NCBI GenBank assembly: GCA_016704445.1
Contig: JADJAE010000165.1
Location: 82,037 to 146,036, forward strand
Reading direction: 5' to 3'
Origin: Deltaproteobacteria bacterium
GTDB lineage: Bacteria; Myxococcota_A; Polyangia; Polyangiales; Ga0077539
DNA: 64,000 bases
Numbering within the stretch: the stretch's first letter is position 1; every line of letters starts with the position of its first letter. Both the position numbers and the translations under genes were made by a program. The notes beneath the pieces were generated by a model. The model searched no databases, was not told the DNA's origin, and saw only the letters and a program-made list of their open reading frames with translations. This document shows positions 61,301 through 64,000 of the stretch, piece after piece.

Positions 61301-63011
61301 CAGCAAGGACGTCGTGGTCGCCTCCAACGGGGAGAACATCTACCCCGACGACGTCGAGCGGGCGCTCGGCGAGGTGGCCCTGGTGAAGGAGCTCGTGGTG
61401 CTCGGCATCGCCGACCCGCGAGGCGGCGAGCGCCTGGCGCTGCTGGCCGTCCCCGACCTGGAGGGCGTCGAGCCCGACGAGCGGGTGGCCCGGCGCGACC
61501 GCGCGCTGCGCAACCTGAAGAACGCCGTGCGCGACCTGCCGCCGGCCTGGCAGCCCGCGGTGGTGCTCCCCTACGACGCGACGCTCCCGCGCACGGCGAC
61601 GCGCAAGGTGAAGCGCAACGAGGTGCGCCCCATCGTGGAGCGCCTCGTGGCGGCGACGACGCCCGCGCGCCCGGTGGCGGGCGCCGCGACGACGGACAAC
61701 CCCGTGCGGAAGGCGATCGCGACCATCGCGCGCCGGCCGCTGGAGGACGTCACCGAGAAGACCCGGCTGCGGGGAGACCTCGGGTACGACTCACTGATGG
61801 CGATGGAGCTCGCCGTGGCCCTGGAGGCGATCCGGGGTCGGCAGGTTCCGCAGGAGCTGGTCACGCTGGAGACCGTCGGGGAGCTGGAGCGGGCGCTGGG
61901 GCTGGAGAGCGAGCAGGCCCGGCTGCACGACGAGCCGCGCGCGTCGGCCCCGACGGACGATGACGACGAGTTCAGGCTCGACGTGCCGGAGCCCCTGAAG
62001 GACGCCGCGAAGTCGGCGCTCTCGGTGCTGCAGCGCGAGTTCTACGCGACGCTGATGAAGCCCAGGGTGACCGGGCGCGCGTACATCCCGCACAACCGCA
62101 ACGCGCTGGTGGTGGCCAACCACACGAGCCACCTCGATATGGGCTTCGTGAAGTACGCCCTCGGGACCTACGGGAAGAACCTCGTGGCCCTCGCGGCGCG
62201 GGACTACTTCTTCGACACCCCCCTCAAGCGCGCGGTGATGGAGAACCTCACCAACGTGGCGAGCTTCGACCGCGACGCGGGCCTGCACGAGACCCTCAAC
62301 GAGGTCGGCGCGCTGCTCCGGGCGGGCAAGACGGTGCTGATCTTCCCGGAGGGGACGCGCAGCCCCGACGGGCGGATCCAGAAGTTTCTCGGGGCCGTCG
62401 GGTTCCTGGCGCTGCACCACGAGGTGGACGTGCTGCCGGTGTGGCTCGGCGGAACCTACGAGGCGATGCCCAAGAGCCGGATGGTTCCAACGAAGCGGGA
62501 CATCACCGCGCGCATCGGGCCGTCGCTGGACTTCGAGCAGCTCCGCCGGCTCACCAAGGGGATGAAGCCCGTGGAGTCGGCGCGCACCGTGGCGCGGCTC
62601 GCGCAGCGGGCGGTGGAGGCCCTGCGCGACGGCGCGGTGCTCGACCTCTCGACGCTGGCCGACGCCAGGGAAGAGGCGCCCCGCAAGCACCCGCTGGTGA
62701 CGCTCTTCGAGGAGCTCCCCAGGCGCTTCCTCCCGGGCCGGGTGGAGAACCCGGTGAGCTTCTACTTCACCCTCGGGGCCGAGCCCGAGGCCAAGTGGAC
62801 CGTCCAGGTCGACGCGACGGAGTGCCGCGTGGTCATGGGCAAGTCCGAGGGCGGCACCGCGGACTGCGTGCTCAAGACCAGCCCGGAGCTGTTCACACGC
62901 ATCGTGCGCGAGGGCTACGAGCCCGGGGTCGCGGAGTTCATGTCGGGGCAGGTGAAGTCCAACGACGTGAGCCTGCTCCAGACCTTCACGCGCGCCTTCC
63001 AACTGGGTTGA
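58353..63011 (+). CDS. elbD: Multidomain ether-lipid-type biosynthesis enzyme (ElbD-like): FAR - acyl-CoA ligase - ACP - AGPAT - SCP2
   Basis: ATG at 58353 overlaps the LarA-like stop. FAR domain IVVGGTGFLGK...YTYTKSLGE. AMP-binding core (SVIYTSGTTGTPKGVMLSH, GYGLTEA, TGDLG). Carrier Ser site (LGYDSLMAMEL). AGPAT HX4D box (VANHTSHLDMGF, FPEGTRS). SCP2-like tail (VKSNDVSLLQTFTRAF). 1552 aa. Confidence 0.8.
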
Positions 63012-63026
63012 AGCACTGAGGCAACG

Positions 63027-64000
63027 ATGAAGGCACTGGTCACCGGCGCGACGGGATTCCTTGGCAGCCACCTGGTCGACGCGCTGGTGGCGCGAGGCCA
63101 TGAGGTGGTAGCGCTGGCGCGCACCCCGGCCCGGATGAAGCCCCGCGCGGGGGTCACCGCGGTCAAGGGTGACATCCTCGACGCCGACTCCCTCAAGGCG
63201 GCGATGGAGGGCTGCGAGGCGGTCTTCCACTGCGCGGGCGTGGTGTCGCGAGACCCGGGCGACGGCGAGCTGCTCTGGCGCACGCACGTGCTCGGCACCC
63301 GCAACGTAGCGCAGGCGGCGAAGGGCGCCGGGGCGAAGCGGATGATCCACGCGAGCACGAGCGGCACCGTGGCCATCAGCGAGGACGCCACGCAGGTCTC
63401 GCGCGAGGACGACCCGACGCCCTACGCGCTCATCGAGAAGTTCCCGTACTACCGCTCCAAGCTCTACGCCGAGCAGGAGGCGCTGAGGGCCAACGGCGAG
63501 GCGATGGCGGTGGTGAGCGTCAACCCGTCGCTGCTGCTGGGGCCGGGGGACGAGTTCGGCTCATCCACCGGGGACGTGAAGGACTTCCTCGACCGGAAGA
63601 TCCCCGCGATCCCTTCGGGCGGCGTGGCCTTCGTCGACGCGCGCGACGCGGCCGAGGCGATGGCCCTCGCCCAGGAGAAGGGAACCCCCGGGCGGAGGTA
63701 CCTCATCAACGCCAGCAACTGCACCCTGCGGGCGTTCTTCGACCGGCTGGAGCGGGTGAGCGGGGTGAAGGCCCCGACGCTGCGACTGCCGCCCTCGAGG
63801 GCACTGGCGAAGTTCGGCGCGCAGCTCATGGAGGCCGGCGCGAAGTTCGCTGGGGTCAAGGCCCCGGTGGACGCCGCGAGCGTCGAGATGGCGCAGCTCT
63901 ACTGGTACTGCGACAGCGCCCGGGCCACGCGAGAGCTCGGCTGGAGCCCGCGCGACCCGATCTCCACCCTCGCGGACACGGTCGAAGACCTCCGCGGGCG
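63027..64000 (+). CDS. NAD-dependent epimerase/dehydratase-family protein (3' end outside the window)
   Basis: RBS then ATG at 63027. MKALVTGATGFLGSHLVDALVARGHEV is a Rossmann GxxGxxG motif. YxxxK active-site region (YYRSKLYAE). Confidence 0.7.
   Translation, partial: MKALVTGATGFLGSHLVDALVARGHEVVALARTPARMKPRAGVTAVKGDILDADSLKAAMEGCEAVFHCAGVVSRDPGDGELLWRTHVLGTRNVAQAAKGAGAKRMIHASTSGTVAISEDATQVSREDDPTPYALIEKFPYYRSKLYAEQEALRANGEAMAVVSVNPSLLLGPGDEFGSSTGDVKDFLDRKIPAIPSGGVAFVDARDAAEAMALAQEKGTPGRRYLINASNCTLRAFFDRLERVSGVKAPTLRLPPSRALAKFGAQLMEAGAKFAGVKAPVDAASVEMAQLYWYCDSARATRELGWSPRDPISTLADTVEDLRG

Overview
High-GC (about 70%) bacterial chromosomal segment with myxobacterial character: many LxxC lipoproteins, an ElbD-like ether-lipid enzyme, Cys-rich repeat lipoproteins and PilZ, GAF and HAMP signalling domains. 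I could not run searches, so all calls rest on reading motifs in the six-frame translations. Most long ORFs in the track are GC-driven antisense shadow ORFs and were rejected.

Core content from left to right:
- Thioredoxin-like (partial) and lgt.
- An Hsp70 / DUF4388-like / J-like fusion carrying an in-frame TGA.
- Two co-oriented large lipoproteins (IPT/TIG and Cys-rich).
- A zinc-ribbon membrane protein and a K+ channel.
- mgtE, overlapped by a GH clan A lipoprotein with a (x)xDVP(P) hexapeptide repeat, and a convergent CotH-like lipoprotein.
- A divergent czcD / czcC-czcB-czcA heavy-metal efflux cluster.
- An accessory patch at 21.0-26.1 kb: a RAYT (IS200-like Y1 transposase) flanked by about 160-bp inverted REP-like arms plus 30-bp direct repeats, a hypothetical protein, a TonB-C-like lipoprotein, a Uma2 endonuclease, a secreted protein, and a second transposase-less REPIN copy.
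- A membrane-microdomain neighbourhood at 26.1-38.7 kb: two SPFH genes, a SulP-gamma-carbonic anhydrase fusion, NfeD-like plus flotillin, and an approximately 5.8-kb AAA_5-ATPase gene ending in a PilZ domain but broken by at least six frameshifts.
- An LTD lipoprotein, an outer-membrane beta-barrel, a DUF2252 gene with a frameshift at a G5 run, UspA, and a thioredoxin-rhodanese fusion.
- A decayed signalling locus: a hybrid REC-GAF-HK-REC gene with four frameshifts, a HAMP-REC gene interrupted by a 214-bp palindromic MITE-like insertion with an 8-bp target duplication, a truncated cheR, and an odd AT-rich double palindrome.
- Two giant repetitive lipoproteins (RCC1-repeat, and about 14 tandem Cys-rich modules).
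- A PAS-GAF histidine kinase.
- A HAD-IB / LarA-like / ElbD-like multidomain gene (FAR, acyl-CoA ligase, ACP, AGPAT, SCP2) followed by an NAD-dependent epimerase (partial).

Caveat: several frameshifts sit at G/C homopolymers and could be sequencing artefacts; the MITE insertion and domain deletions argue that at least the signalling locus is genuinely decayed.
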